The notes under the pieces are model-generated. The model was not told where the DNA came from, searched no databases, and saw only the letters and a program-made list of their open reading frames with translations. This document shows positions 37,826 to 49,378 of a DNA stretch of 64,000 nt, one piece after another (position 1 is the first letter of the stretch; each line of letters begins with the position of its first letter). This DNA comes from Chloroflexota bacterium (GTDB lineage: Bacteria; Chloroflexota; Dehalococcoidia; UBA2979), in NCBI GenBank assembly GCA_003228125.1, contig QGNP01000003.1, positions 14,475-78,474 on the forward strand, written 5' to 3'. The position numbers and the translations under genes are program-made.

Positions 37826-38866
37826 TTAAATATTTTTATTTATAAAAGGCAAATCAATCATTAAAACCTCTATGGAAATATGAGTGTTTATGCTCTTTGA
37901 GACATCATTTTTTAATGCATTTAATGCATTAAGGCCTTGAACAATCTGAAAAAGTTCAAGGTTATAATTGTTAATAAAAAAACTTGGGGTATTACTCTGT
38001 TCAAATTTCACATACAGATGCCATCTCAGCCAATCTTCCCAGCAAAATAAAATTTCAAAAAATATTTCATTGTCTTTTCTAAAAATTGTAAAAAGTTTAT
38101 CTGCATAATCAAATCTAAAGTTAATATCTGAAATTAATAATTTATGAAAATCATTATAATAATCTTTTAAAATATCAATAGCATCATTATTTTCATATAA
38201 AAAAATAGCTCGTTCGATCCTATTTCTACTAATTACTGATAGGTCATGTGCAAAATTTTTGTTTGTTGAATAGTTGTCAATTAAAAATGCTTCCAATTGT
38301 TTTTTTTTCATTGGATTAACAGTAATGATTTGGCATCTTGATGAAATAGTATCAGGAACAGACTCTGTTTCATCAGCAAGTAATAAAAATACGGAAGATA
38401 TCGGTGCATCTTCTAGAGTTTTTAAAAGAGCATTAGCAGACTCAATATTCAGATACTTTAAATTATTAATAATAAAAACTTTTATATTTGAGCGATTAGG
38501 AGAAAGATTAGAAAGCCTATTAAGTCTTTTTATTTGACAAATCCGTATATATCGTGAGCCATCTTTACTATGATCTTTATGTTTCGAATCATTTAAATCA
38601 CAAAGACCTCCTACCTCAATATACACGACGTCAGAATGATTATAATTTTCAATATCCGAACAATCAGAACAATTGCAATCTGTAGTTGACTGATTATTAC
38701 ATAATAAAATTTTTGAAAATAAAGATACTATAAAATTTTTACCAGCATTTTTAGGACCTACAAATAAATATGACCCTTGAGGTAATGAATTTTTAAAAAA
38801 AAATCTATACCGACTAATTATTGGTTCATATATATTTTCCAAAGATTTTGTAATAGCTTTATTCAT
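37826..38866 (-). CDS. holB: DNA polymerase III delta-prime subunit
   Basis: Degenerate P-loop LFVGPKNAGKN, a Cys-rich zinc module (CNNQSTTDCNCSDCSD) and the SRCQII sensor motif. Confidence 0.7.
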   Translation of the reverse strand: MNKAITKSLENIYEPIISRYRFFFKNSLPQGSYLFVGPKNAGKNFIVSLFSKILLCNNQSTTDCNCSDCSDIENYNHSDVVYIEVGGLCDLNDSKHKDHSKDGSRYIRICQIKRLNRLSNLSPNRSNIKVFIINNLKYLNIESANALLKTLEDAPISSVFLLLADETESVPDTISSRCQIITVNPMKKKQLEAFLIDNYSTNKNFAHDLSVISRNRIERAIFLYENNDAIDILKDYYNDFHKLLISDINFRFDYADKLFTIFRKDNEIFFEILFCWEDWLRWHLYVKFEQSNTPSFFINNYNLELFQIVQGLNALNALKNDVSKSINTHISIEVLMIDLPFINKNI

Positions 38867-38873
38867 TAATAGC

Positions 38874-40217
38874 CTATGGAATATTTATAATATCTTCATC
38901 CAAAGAAATAATATCTGAAATTGATTCTCTTCTTCTAATTAATGTAGATTTATTGTTGTGTACTAATATTACTGCAGGCTTATAAGCTAAATTATAATTA
39001 GATGCCATTGCAAGTTGATATGCACCTGACATAGGCATTGCTATCAATTCATCTCTTGTTAATTTAGGTAAATGGATGTCTTTAATAAGATAATCACCTG
39101 ACTCACAATATTTACCAGAAATAGTTACAATTTCTTCAGGTTTCCTATATACATCTTTTACAGGAATAGCATAATATTTTGCATCATACAAAGTTGGTCT
39201 AATATTGTCAGCCATTCCACCGTCAACAGAAACATAAGTGCGTACATTAGGAATTTCTTTTCTAGTACCAACTTTATATACTGAAACAGCAGATCGAGCT
39301 AATAAAGATCGTCCAGGTTCAATAAACATTTTAGGTAAATCAATTCCATATTTTTTACAATTAAATTTAATTGCATTTGAAATTGCTATTGCAAATTCTT
39401 CGATGGTTGGAGTATCCATATCAGGTTCTGAGACAACTCCAAAGCCTCCACCAGGAGAAAATTCAGAAACATTTAATGAATATTTATCTAGACAAATATT
39501 TTTAATAAAAGAAAACATTTTATCAATTGCTTTTACATATGGATCTGTAATATTAATAGGACTGCCAAGATGAGCATGAATGCCCCTGAAAGAAATATTA
39601 CTTGATTCAGAAATTAATGAGATAGCATCTTCTGCTGATCGGTCTTCAATACTTAAGCCAAATTTTGAGTCCTTAAGGCCGGTAGTAGTTTTTTCATGTG
39701 TAAAAGGGTCAATATTAGGTGTGACTCTAACTAATACATTCTGTTTAATATTAATATTTTTTGCAATCTCATTAATAATTTGAATTTCTTCAATATTGTC
39801 AATAACTATCGCTCCAATATTATTCTTAATAGCTAAACCTAATTCTTCAACTGTTTTATTATTGCCATGAAAATAAGCATTCTCTAAGCCTATTTTAGCT
39901 GCAATTAGCATGCTCATCTCACCATGGGAAACAACATCAAATTTAACTCCTAGCTTATGCAATAATTTTGCAAATGGAAGATTTAAAAAAACTTTTGAAG
40001 CATATAAAATATCTACTTCACCATATTGCATTTCAAAAGCATTATAAAAATCATTATAAATTTTTTTAATGGTCTCATAGTCATAAATATACAAAGGCGT
40101 GCCAAATTTACGTGCTAATTCATGAATATTTAAATTACCAATTGTTAAGGTATCATCAGCATTAACAGAAGTTGTAATTGGGAATAGTTTATCAATAAGC
40201 AAATTATTGTGTTTCAT
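38874..40217 (-). CDS. lysA: Diaminopimelate decarboxylase
   Basis: PLP-lysine context YASKVF, plus HLGSPI, GGGFGV, EPGRSL and CESGD. Confidence 0.9.
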   Translation of the reverse strand: MKHNNLLIDKLFPITTSVNADDTLTIGNLNIHELARKFGTPLYIYDYETIKKIYNDFYNAFEMQYGEVDILYASKVFLNLPFAKLLHKLGVKFDVVSHGEMSMLIAAKIGLENAYFHGNNKTVEELGLAIKNNIGAIVIDNIEEIQIINEIAKNINIKQNVLVRVTPNIDPFTHEKTTTGLKDSKFGLSIEDRSAEDAISLISESSNISFRGIHAHLGSPINITDPYVKAIDKMFSFIKNICLDKYSLNVSEFSPGGGFGVVSEPDMDTPTIEEFAIAISNAIKFNCKKYGIDLPKMFIEPGRSLLARSAVSVYKVGTRKEIPNVRTYVSVDGGMADNIRPTLYDAKYYAIPVKDVYRKPEEIVTISGKYCESGDYLIKDIHLPKLTRDELIAMPMSGAYQLAMASNYNLAYKPAVILVHNNKSTLIRRRESISDIISLDEDIINIP

Positions 40218-40240
40218 TAATTACTTAAAATATCTCAAGA

Positions 40241-41182
40241 TTATAAAACCTTCCAATTATTATTATTAATTTGTAATTTAATTTTATTCAATTCCTTCAA
40301 TCTATGTAAGTGCGAATGAATTTGATTCATAGCAGAATTTTTTAAACTTTTATCAAGATTGACATAAATTGCTTTAAAAATAGATTTGTCTGTCTTTTTA
40401 CCTAATTTAATTAAGCTTATAATTTGATTTTCTCTTTCAATACGATGTTGAATTAAGCGATTTATTTTCTCTTTAGGATCATTAATAATTGGTCCATGAC
40501 CTGGAGCTATATATTTTAATTTATATCTCTTCAATCTATTTAAACTATTAAGATATTTAGTCATGTCTCCATTAGGGGGGGCAGAAATTGCTACTGTATC
40601 ATAGCCAAGAATAGTATCTCCTGAAAACAAAATCCTTTCATTAGTAAATAAATAACAATTTGAACCCAAGGTATGACCTGGTGTATGTATAACTCTTATT
40701 TTTAATGACCCAAATTTAATCAATTCACCTTCTTGAATATAATTATCTACAGGTGTCTTTTTTCTTTCGTCTTCCCAAATTTTTCTTTGAATACGTAATT
40801 TCTTTGAATATTTTTTTTCTTCAGTAATATCCGCTCTCAAAGATTTTTCTTCTAATCTATGAATCATTACTGAAGCATTAAAATATTCTGATAATTTCCT
40901 TGCTCCAGAAGAATGATCGGAATGATTGTGAGTGAGTAAAATAGAGTGAATTTTAATACCTGATAATTCTTTATTAATATATTCTTTTAATAATAAAAAA
41001 GAATTGTCATCTCCAAAACCACTGTCGATAAGTACTGCATCATTTTTAACTTTTACTATCCATGTATTAGGTGCAGGAAAACCTTTAAATATCATTGAAT
41101 TATTAACAATGTGCTGAGTAACAGAAGAAGTAATATTCTTTGTAGTATAACTCACATTTTTTGATATTTTATTTTTAGACAA
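40241..41182 (-). CDS. MBL-fold metallo-hydrolase
   Basis: Contains the THNHSDHSSG (HxHxDH) motif, HTPGHT and a later PGHG. Confidence 0.75.
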   Translation of the reverse strand: MSKNKISKNVSYTTKNITSSVTQHIVNNSMIFKGFPAPNTWIVKVKNDAVLIDSGFGDDNSFLLLKEYINKELSGIKIHSILLTHNHSDHSSGARKLSEYFNASVMIHRLEEKSLRADITEEKKYSKKLRIQRKIWEDERKKTPVDNYIQEGELIKFGSLKIRVIHTPGHTLGSNCYLFTNERILFSGDTILGYDTVAISAPPNGDMTKYLNSLNRLKRYKLKYIAPGHGPIINDPKEKINRLIQHRIERENQIISLIKLGKKTDKSIFKAIYVNLDKSLKNSAMNQIHSHLHRLKELNKIKLQINNNNWKVL

Positions 41183-41293
41183 ATTTATCTCAAATCAATA
41201 TAGATATTATTATTAAATAATTATTCATACCAAACATTAACATAATAAATTTTAATTGAGGAATAAAAAGGTTATATTTTTAATATAAAGAAA

Positions 41294-42163
41294 ATGAAAA
41301 AAACAAAAAAATTCCATAAACTTCTAAATAAATGGTATGAACAAAATCAAATTGATTTTGCTTGGCAAAATACACAAAATCCATATCATGCGTTAGTAGC
41401 AGGATTTTGTGCTCAACAAACACAAATAACAAGGGTGATTCAAATATGGAAAAAAATAATCCATAAATATCCAGAATTAAAAGATATTGCAAAAGCAGAA
41501 ACTAGTGATTTATTAATTATTTGGAGCAATACGGGATATCCAAAAAGAATAATAAACCTTAAAAAAACATGTGAAATAATTTTAAATAAGTATAATGGTA
41601 AAATTCCTCTAGAAAAAGAGCACCTTCTTAATTTGCCAGGAGTAGGCCCTTATACTGCATCTATAATAGAGTGTTATGGATATAAGAAAAATATTCCTGC
41701 AATTGATATTAATTTTGAAAGAATTTTAGGAAGATTTTTTTTAGGAAAAAATAAAAAAAACAATAATCTAGATAAAATATTAGATGATTTATCTAAAATA
41801 AATCAATTTTCTTTTTGGAATCCTGCAATTATGGATTTTGGTGCATTGATCTGTAAATCTAAGCCTAAATGTGAGATCTGCATTTTAAATAAAAACTGTA
41901 GTGCATTTATTAATAATATAGAAATGAAAATAAAGAGTGAGCAAATAGAATTTCATGGATCAAATAGATATTATCGAGGTAAAATATTAAAAAATTTAAG
42001 AGAAAGAAAAAACAATAATATTCAAATAGATAAATTATATTTAGAGCTTGAACAATTACCAGATAAATTACGGTTCCAAGAACTTCTAATAGACTTAAAT
42101 AAGGATGATCTTATTTGGATTAAAGGTAATAAAATTGGACTAGGCGCCAACAAAAAGAATTAA
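41294..42163 (+). CDS. MutY/Nth-family DNA glycosylase (A/G-specific adenine glycosylase-like, no obvious NUDIX domain)
   Basis: HhH-GPD motif LPGVGPYTA, catalytic-region IDINFERIL, and the [4Fe-4S] loop CKSKPKCEICILNKNC. Length 289 aa. Confidence 0.75.
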   Translation: MKKTKKFHKLLNKWYEQNQIDFAWQNTQNPYHALVAGFCAQQTQITRVIQIWKKIIHKYPELKDIAKAETSDLLIIWSNTGYPKRIINLKKTCEIILNKYNGKIPLEKEHLLNLPGVGPYTASIIECYGYKKNIPAIDINFERILGRFFLGKNKKNNNLDKILDDLSKINQFSFWNPAIMDFGALICKSKPKCEICILNKNCSAFINNIEMKIKSEQIEFHGSNRYYRGKILKNLRERKNNNIQIDKLYLELEQLPDKLRFQELLIDLNKDDLIWIKGNKIGLGANKKN

Positions 42164-42167
42164 AATC

Positions 42168-43865
<1,698 letters not shown>

Positions 43866-43901
43866 TTAAACAAAGTTTCCTTTATTTAGACAAAATTATG
43901 T

Positions 43902-44207
43902 CTAAGCTTTCTTTTTCTTTGTAGTAGAACTAACGCGAGCTAAAACGTCAGAAGCTCTTACTATAATAAGATCTTCATAGTCAGTTCCAGCAAATTTTTG
44001 ATATATCACTACATCTCCGACCTTAAGGTCAATTTCTTCTATGTTACCTGAATCATTAATTTTACCAGGACCCACTGCAATCACTTTGCCCTCTTGAGAT
44101 TTTTCTTTTGCAGAATCTGGTATAACTAAACCAGAAACTGAAACTTCTTCTTGTTGAATTGGTTGAAGAACTACATAATCGCTTAGAGGAGATACATTAT
44201 TACTCAT
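43902..44207 (-). CDS. groES: Co-chaperonin GroES
   Basis: 101 aa with a mobile-loop and beta-barrel pattern (PLSDYVVLQP...GKVIAVGPG...VGDVVIY). AAGGAG SD upstream. Confidence 0.9.
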   Translation of the reverse strand: MSNNVSPLSDYVVLQPIQQEEVSVSGLVIPDSAKEKSQEGKVIAVGPGKINDSGNIEEIDLKVGDVVIYQKFAGTDYEDLIIVRASDVLARVSSTTKKKKA

Positions 44208-44327
44208 TTTAAACTCCTTATAACTTACATATAAATTTATTCTTACTTGTTAATTAACTTAAAACTTCCCAAGCAGAGCAAAAAAAAGTTTAGCATCATG
44301 GTATTCATAGAGCTAGGGTAAAAAAAA

Positions 44328-44370
44328 TTATTTTCAATTCTTATCTATTATTTTCAATTTTTATCTATTA
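44328..44370. repeat. Tandem 20-bp duplication (2.15 copies, one mismatch) spanning the tsaD stop codon
   Basis: TTATTTTCAATTCTTATCTA (44328-44347) and TTATTTTCAATTTTTATCTA (44348-44367), followed by TTA. Confidence 0.8.
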
Positions 44371-45355
44371 AAAGATCTCCACGATTCATAGTTGAATAAA
44401 TATCAATGAGACTGCATGGATCAATAAAATCATCTTTATGTCGAAATGCAGCTGCAGCTATCATGGCAGCATTATCAGTGCATAATTTTGGAGAAGGAAT
44501 AAATACTGGAATTTTAATTTTTGTTTTTGCAACTTCTCGTAGCCTACTATTTGAAGCTACTCCTCCTGCAAGAAGCACAGACTGAACATTTAGCTCATTA
44601 AGCAAAGTAATAGTTTTTGATATTAAAACATCTACAACTGATTCTTGAAACGACCAGGCAATTTCTTCAACTGGTAAGTTTGGAAATTTATTCTTAAGAT
44701 TAAGTACGGCAGTTTTAAGGCCGGAAAAAGAAAAATCATGAGTACCTGGCAACCATGCTCTTGGCAATTCAATATCAAATTTCTTCGCTTCATTAGCTAA
44801 GGCAGCAATAGCCGGACCACCAGGATATCCTGCTCCTAACATCCTACTCACTTTGTCAAAAGCCTCTCCAGCAGCATCGTCTCGAGTACCACCAATTCTC
44901 TTAAAATTACTTGCGCTGTCCATATAAATTAATTCAGTATGGCCTCCAGAAACTACCAATGCAACTGCTGGTAAAATTGGCATATTGCCTTCTAGCCAAT
45001 TAGCATAAATGTGACCTTCAATATGATCGACAGGAATAAATGGTTTTTTTGTTGCAAAAGCCATAGACCTCGCATATGAAAACCCGACCATGAGTGCTCC
45101 TGGTAAACCAGGTCCAATAGTAGCTGCTATATAATCAATAGATTCAATTTGAACACCAGCGACATTTAATGCTTGATCAGTTAATTGTGAAATAATTTTT
45201 AAATGTTCTCTAGCCGCAACTTCTGGCACAATTCCACCAGTTTTATTATGCATTAAAACTTGAGATTGAATAAGATTACATAAAATTTTTGTTCCATTTT
45301 CTACAACAGACACACTTGTTTCATCACAGGAACTTTCAAAAGCAAGAATTAACAT
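44354..45355 (-). CDS. tsaD: tRNA N6-adenosine threonylcarbamoyltransferase TsaD
   Basis: Contains ILAFESSCDETS, HIEGHI, VSGGHT and GGVASN. Confidence 0.9.
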   Translation of the reverse strand: MLILAFESSCDETSVSVVENGTKILCNLIQSQVLMHNKTGGIVPEVAAREHLKIISQLTDQALNVAGVQIESIDYIAATIGPGLPGALMVGFSYARSMAFATKKPFIPVDHIEGHIYANWLEGNMPILPAVALVVSGGHTELIYMDSASNFKRIGGTRDDAAGEAFDKVSRMLGAGYPGGPAIAALANEAKKFDIELPRAWLPGTHDFSFSGLKTAVLNLKNKFPNLPVEEIAWSFQESVVDVLISKTITLLNELNVQSVLLAGGVASNSRLREVAKTKIKIPVFIPSPKLCTDNAAMIAAAAFRHKDDFIDPCSLIDIYSTMNRGDLLIDKN

Positions 45356-45375
45356 ATTTTAAAATCCAAACTTAA

Positions 45376-47382
45376 TTATTCTAATAATAAGATATCAAAA
45401 ACTGCAGATCCAGTTAAAACATAAAGACCTTCATAAGAATCATGCAAAGACAACGAGCGAATATCGATAAAAGATTCATTGCTCCATTGTTTTAAAAAAC
45501 CATTTTCATAGGAACAAGAAATAATTCTTTTATTAATAATATCGGCAATAAAAATTTCTTTAGTAAGTGAATTATAAGCAATGTCAATAATGCCAGTCGG
45601 GTATTTATCTATACCTAAGCAAGCTAATTTGATTAAGCTATCTCTAATCATAAATACCTCATTAGAAGAAAAAACAAAGAAGTCATTATGCAAACTCATG
45701 CCTGTAATAGTAGGATCAATTTCTTGCAATACAATTTTTATATCAACGTCATAATTTAATGGTTCGTCCGGTGATGGAGTTAATGAAACGATATTTCTAT
45801 TATTTTTATCATAAATGTATAGCGTAGAATCATGTAACTGCATGCTTTCGATAGATGATAATAAGCCTAAATTAGCAAGTGGAATTTGCTGAAGATTATT
45901 ATTTGCTAATTTAACAAAAAGATTATTTTTATCATCAAAAATAAATAATTGCCTTCTATTTTTATGAAAAAACATATGTAATGGTTTGCCTAAATTTACA
46001 TTGTTTATCTTCGTATTTTGACGAAATATTTCAATAATTAATTCTGGAATTTTTTGATTATACTGAAAAATTCTAGACGAACCAGAATCAAAAAACCAAA
46101 ATAAAGAACCATAGTGTATCAAAGTTTGCGGGTAAAAATTACTAGCAAATTCATTTTTAAAAACAATTTTTTTCGAAGAATCATTTAAAATTATGTTATT
46201 ATCTAATTGTTTTTTGTTGTCAAAAACTTTTTCAAAAAGATTCAGTATTTGATTATCTAACTCATAAATCGATGCTTCTTCTATTAAAAATAATCCTCGA
46301 TTAACTGTTTGTCTCTGTAGCTGCTTGTCTTTTAAAATTATTGCCTTGTTATAAGTCTCCAATGAATTATTAATTTGGAAAGTAATTTCATCCAATTGAT
46401 TCTCTGAATAATTTATTCCAAGTGAAGTAAAAAAAGAAAAGGTAAGGAAGGAAGTAAAAAAAAGAAAAGTAAATAATGCAAATAAATTAAACTTAAACCA
46501 TCGATGCTTTATTATATAAGACAACACCGATGGTTTTTTATATAGAACAATTTTAGATATATCTAAAAAGTCTGATTTCCAAAAAAATCTTTTTGCATTT
46601 TTTGAAATAAAAGATGGCTCCCTAGTCAATAATTTATTATTAAAATTCATTTCAGGTGATTTATTTTTAATAATATTATCAAAATCTAATTGCTTAGTTT
46701 TTTGCTCTAAGAAAAAAGTACCTTTAGGTAAATTTTTATTTAAAGCATCATTTGATATATAGCAAACATTAATATTTTTTATTTTCCTTAAATGGATAAA
46801 CATATCTTCAAAAGCTCTTTGCGATCCACTTTTTAAAATTGAATGTAACTTATTTTCATTAATTTCAGTTAATAATTCTTTGGAAGCTAAAACTAGATCA
46901 AAATTAGATAAATCAACTTTAATAAATTGTGGTTGGAATTGATTTTTAGAACCTAAAAAATCTGTATTTGCTAACGTCTCAATCCTAGGTATTTTCAATT
47001 TTGTTTTTTCAATAATTTTGATCAAATTCAAGCCAGCATTGCCAATAATAATTTTTTTATCAAAAAAAACCATGCAAGAAACACTGATCTCAATTTTATG
47101 TTCTAATAAAGAATGTTCATTTTGCTTAAGAATTTTATTATTAGTTACATTTAAAGATTCTAACAATCTTCCAGTAATTGAAAGATTGCTTCCTATAAAA
47201 GTAGAAGATATTAACTCTAAAAATTCAGCACAAAATGAAATTGAGTGAGTATTTTCTGGTTGAGCAAAAATTAATATTCTTTGAAAGGGAGAATCAAAAT
47301 TCTCAGAATGATCAATGATAAATGGATTATTTTTTATTATTATTCCATTAGAAATAAAAAATGAGCCAATCCAATAAGACAT
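45376..47382 (-). CDS. Large membrane protein: degenerate PPM/SpoIIE-like N-domain, TM region, and a C-terminal domain with six propeller-like repeats
   Basis: 668 aa. The N-terminal ~215 aa resemble a PP2C fold (SVSCMVFFDKKIIIGNAGLN; FDLVLASKELL) but I see no metal-binding Asp motifs. A hydrophobic block lies at about aa 285-320. Six hhhhD/S..n+hh.h motifs recur about 45-50 aa apart. Confidence 0.55.
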   Translation of the reverse strand: MSYWIGSFFISNGIIIKNNPFIIDHSENFDSPFQRILIFAQPENTHSISFCAEFLELISSTFIGSNLSITGRLLESLNVTNNKILKQNEHSLLEHKIEISVSCMVFFDKKIIIGNAGLNLIKIIEKTKLKIPRIETLANTDFLGSKNQFQPQFIKVDLSNFDLVLASKELLTEINENKLHSILKSGSQRAFEDMFIHLRKIKNINVCYISNDALNKNLPKGTFFLEQKTKQLDFDNIIKNKSPEMNFNNKLLTREPSFISKNAKRFFWKSDFLDISKIVLYKKPSVLSYIIKHRWFKFNLFALFTFLFFTSFLTFSFFTSLGINYSENQLDEITFQINNSLETYNKAIILKDKQLQRQTVNRGLFLIEEASIYELDNQILNLFEKVFDNKKQLDNNIILNDSSKKIVFKNEFASNFYPQTLIHYGSLFWFFDSGSSRIFQYNQKIPELIIEIFRQNTKINNVNLGKPLHMFFHKNRRQLFIFDDKNNLFVKLANNNLQQIPLANLGLLSSIESMQLHDSTLYIYDKNNRNIVSLTPSPDEPLNYDVDIKIVLQEIDPTITGMSLHNDFFVFSSNEVFMIRDSLIKLACLGIDKYPTGIIDIAYNSLTKEIFIADIINKRIISCSYENGFLKQWSNESFIDIRSLSLHDSYEGLYVLTGSAVFDILLLE

Positions 47383-47524
47383 AAAATACTCTATACTCGT
47401 GTTTATAAAAATTATATTACTTTAAATACATAATGAAGAAAATAAACCTTTTATAAAAAATTTTTATTTTATAAAAGAATAAATATCCAGTCTCATAATC
47501 ATTAATAAATAATATACTGAATTT

Positions 47525-47866
47525 ATGAAAAACAACATCGAATTAGAAAAATTGACTGAACGTTTAAAAAAATTATTAAATAAAAGTTTACCTTTGCCCC
47601 CAATTGAAGGTGCTTTTTTTATATGTGGAATAGAAATAAATCTTGAAAATAAAATAAAAAATCAGCCATTTACAATACTGCTTGAAGATAGCAATTTTTA
47701 TGAGCTTTCTATTGAATATAATGTACCAATAAACAATACTTTAGACAGAATTTCTCAAAGAAGTGAAAATTTGATAAAATTGGAATTAACAGATGATGCA
47801 AAAATGTTGCATTTATTAAAAGCTATTGAAATATTAGAAAGTATAAAAAATAAGATTATTGATTAA
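47525..47866 (+). CDS. Hypothetical protein (113 aa)
   Basis: ORF only, no recognisable motif. Its 3' end overlaps the moaC 3' end by 11 nt. Confidence 0.4.
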   Translation: MKNNIELEKLTERLKKLLNKSLPLPPIEGAFFICGIEINLENKIKNQPFTILLEDSNFYELSIEYNVPINNTLDRISQRSENLIKLELTDDAKMLHLLKAIEILESIKNKIID

Positions 47867-48341
47867 TTTCATTATCAAAATAATCACCACTTTTACCACC
47901 TTTTTTTTCTAACAATTTAATATTTTGCAATTTAATACCATGAGAAATTGACTTAGTCATATCATAAATTGTTAAAGCTGCTAAAGTAACTGCTGACAGT
48001 GCTTCCATTTCAACTCCAGTCTGTCCAAATGATTCGACAAAAGACTTTATAACTATGATACAGCTGTCATTGCCTGCATTTATCTCAGGTAATACTATTT
48101 CAATTTCGACATTACTAATTGGTATAGTGTGACAGAGTGGAATCATTTTATCAGTATTTTTTACTGCTAAAATACCTGCAATTTTGGCTGTAGAAATAAC
48201 ATCACCTTTAGTAATTTCTTGATTCGATATTTTTCTAATAATCTCATCATTGACAACTAATTCACAGATTGCTGAAGCAGTACGCTTTGTGTGTTTTTTA
48301 TCAGAAATATCAGTCATTTTTATTGAATGATTTGAAAACAT
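47856..48341 (-). CDS. moaC: Cyclic pyranopterin monophosphate synthase MoaC
   Basis: Contains KGDVISTAKIAGILAVKNT..IPLCH and GVEMEAL motifs. Length about 155 aa. Confidence 0.9.
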   Translation of the reverse strand: MFSNHSIKMTDISDKKHTKRTASAICELVVNDEIIRKISNQEITKGDVISTAKIAGILAVKNTDKMIPLCHTIPISNVEIEIVLPEINAGNDSCIIVIKSFVESFGQTGVEMEALSAVTLAALTIYDMTKSISHGIKLQNIKLLEKKGGKSGDYFDNEINQ

Positions 48342-48370
48342 ATAAAACCCCTATCTATAAATACAATAAT

Positions 48371-49378
48371 TTATCCACCAATATATGGCATTTCAACCTT
48401 ATTTTTCTTTTTTTGAAAACCAATTTGATTTCTAATTTCTGAATATCTATCATCTCTTTTTTGCCAAATATTAGAAATAAGCTCAGTAAGTTCATTGTCG
48501 TCAATGCCACTTCTTAGTTGATTTTTAATATCAAAGCCAGACAAGCTAAAAAGACATGTAAACAATTTACCATCAGAAGACAGCCGAATTCTTGTACATT
48601 CTGAACAAAAAGGCTGAGTGACAGAAGAAATAAAACCTAATTCTAAAGAATTATCAAGTAGTTCAAATCTATTCGCAACTTCTCCATTATAATTTTTTAT
48701 AATACTTTTTAATGGATACTTAGAATGAATTTTTCTTTGTAAATCCAATGATGGCACAACTGCATCTTTAGACCAGTGATTAGTACTTCCCACATCCATA
48801 AATTCTATAAATCTTAATACAATGCCTGAATGTTTAAAATGATCAATCATTTTAAACACATGATCTTCATTAATATTTTTCTTGATAACCATATTAACTT
48901 TAACTTTCATATTTGCATTAATTGCTGCATCAATTCCTGACAAAACATCTCGATAAGAGTAGTTAGTATCACTAACTGCTCTAAAAATACTGTCATCGAT
49001 ACCATCTAAACTGACAGTTACTCTTGATAAGCCTGCATTTTTTAAATCAATTGCATACTTATTTAATAAAATACCATTAGTCGTCATTGCTAAATCTAGA
49101 TTTGGAATTTGATTTAATAATCCAAGTAATTTTGATAGATCATTTCTCAATAGAGGTTCGCCACCAGTAATTCTGATTTTCTCAATACCTAGGCCGTGAA
49201 AAATTTTAGCAATTCTATAGATTTCCTCAAAATCCAAAATTTCATTTTTAGCTAGAAACTTATAATCTTTGTTATAAGTTTCTTTTGGCATACAATAAGT
49301 GCACCTAAAATTACACTTGTCAGTCACTGAAATTCTTAAATCTCTTAGAGGTCTTTGTAACGAATCATTGATGATCAT
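48371..49378 (-). CDS. moaA: GTP 3',8-cyclase MoaA (radical SAM)
   Basis: Contains CNFRCTYCMP, a C-terminal CSECTRIRLSSDGKLFTC cluster, and a GG terminus. Confidence 0.9.
   Translation of the reverse strand: MIINDSLQRPLRDLRISVTDKCNFRCTYCMPKETYNKDYKFLAKNEILDFEEIYRIAKIFHGLGIEKIRITGGEPLLRNDLSKLLGLLNQIPNLDLAMTTNGILLNKYAIDLKNAGLSRVTVSLDGIDDSIFRAVSDTNYSYRDVLSGIDAAINANMKVKVNMVIKKNINEDHVFKMIDHFKHSGIVLRFIEFMDVGSTNHWSKDAVVPSLDLQRKIHSKYPLKSIIKNYNGEVANRFELLDNSLELGFISSVTQPFCSECTRIRLSSDGKLFTCLFSLSGFDIKNQLRSGIDDNELTELISNIWQKRDDRYSEIRNQIGFQKKKNKVEMPYIGG

Noticed and set aside
44249-44258. 10-bp palindrome GTTAATTAAC upstream of groES, resembling the arms of the rpmH palindrome.
   Set aside because: It is short and A+T-rich and does not extend beyond 10 bp. 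Palindromes of this kind are expected by chance at this base composition.
44289-44315. CIRCE-like element upstream of groES. On the groES strand it reads CTAGCTCTA-N9-TGATGCTAA, with the 9-N9-9 spacing of the HrcA operator.
   Set aside because: Only 6/9 plus 6/9 positions match TTAGCACTC-N9-GAGTGCTAA, and the two halves are poorly complementary to each other (about 5/9). That is not enough to call a CIRCE site without seeing an hrcA gene or conservation in relatives.
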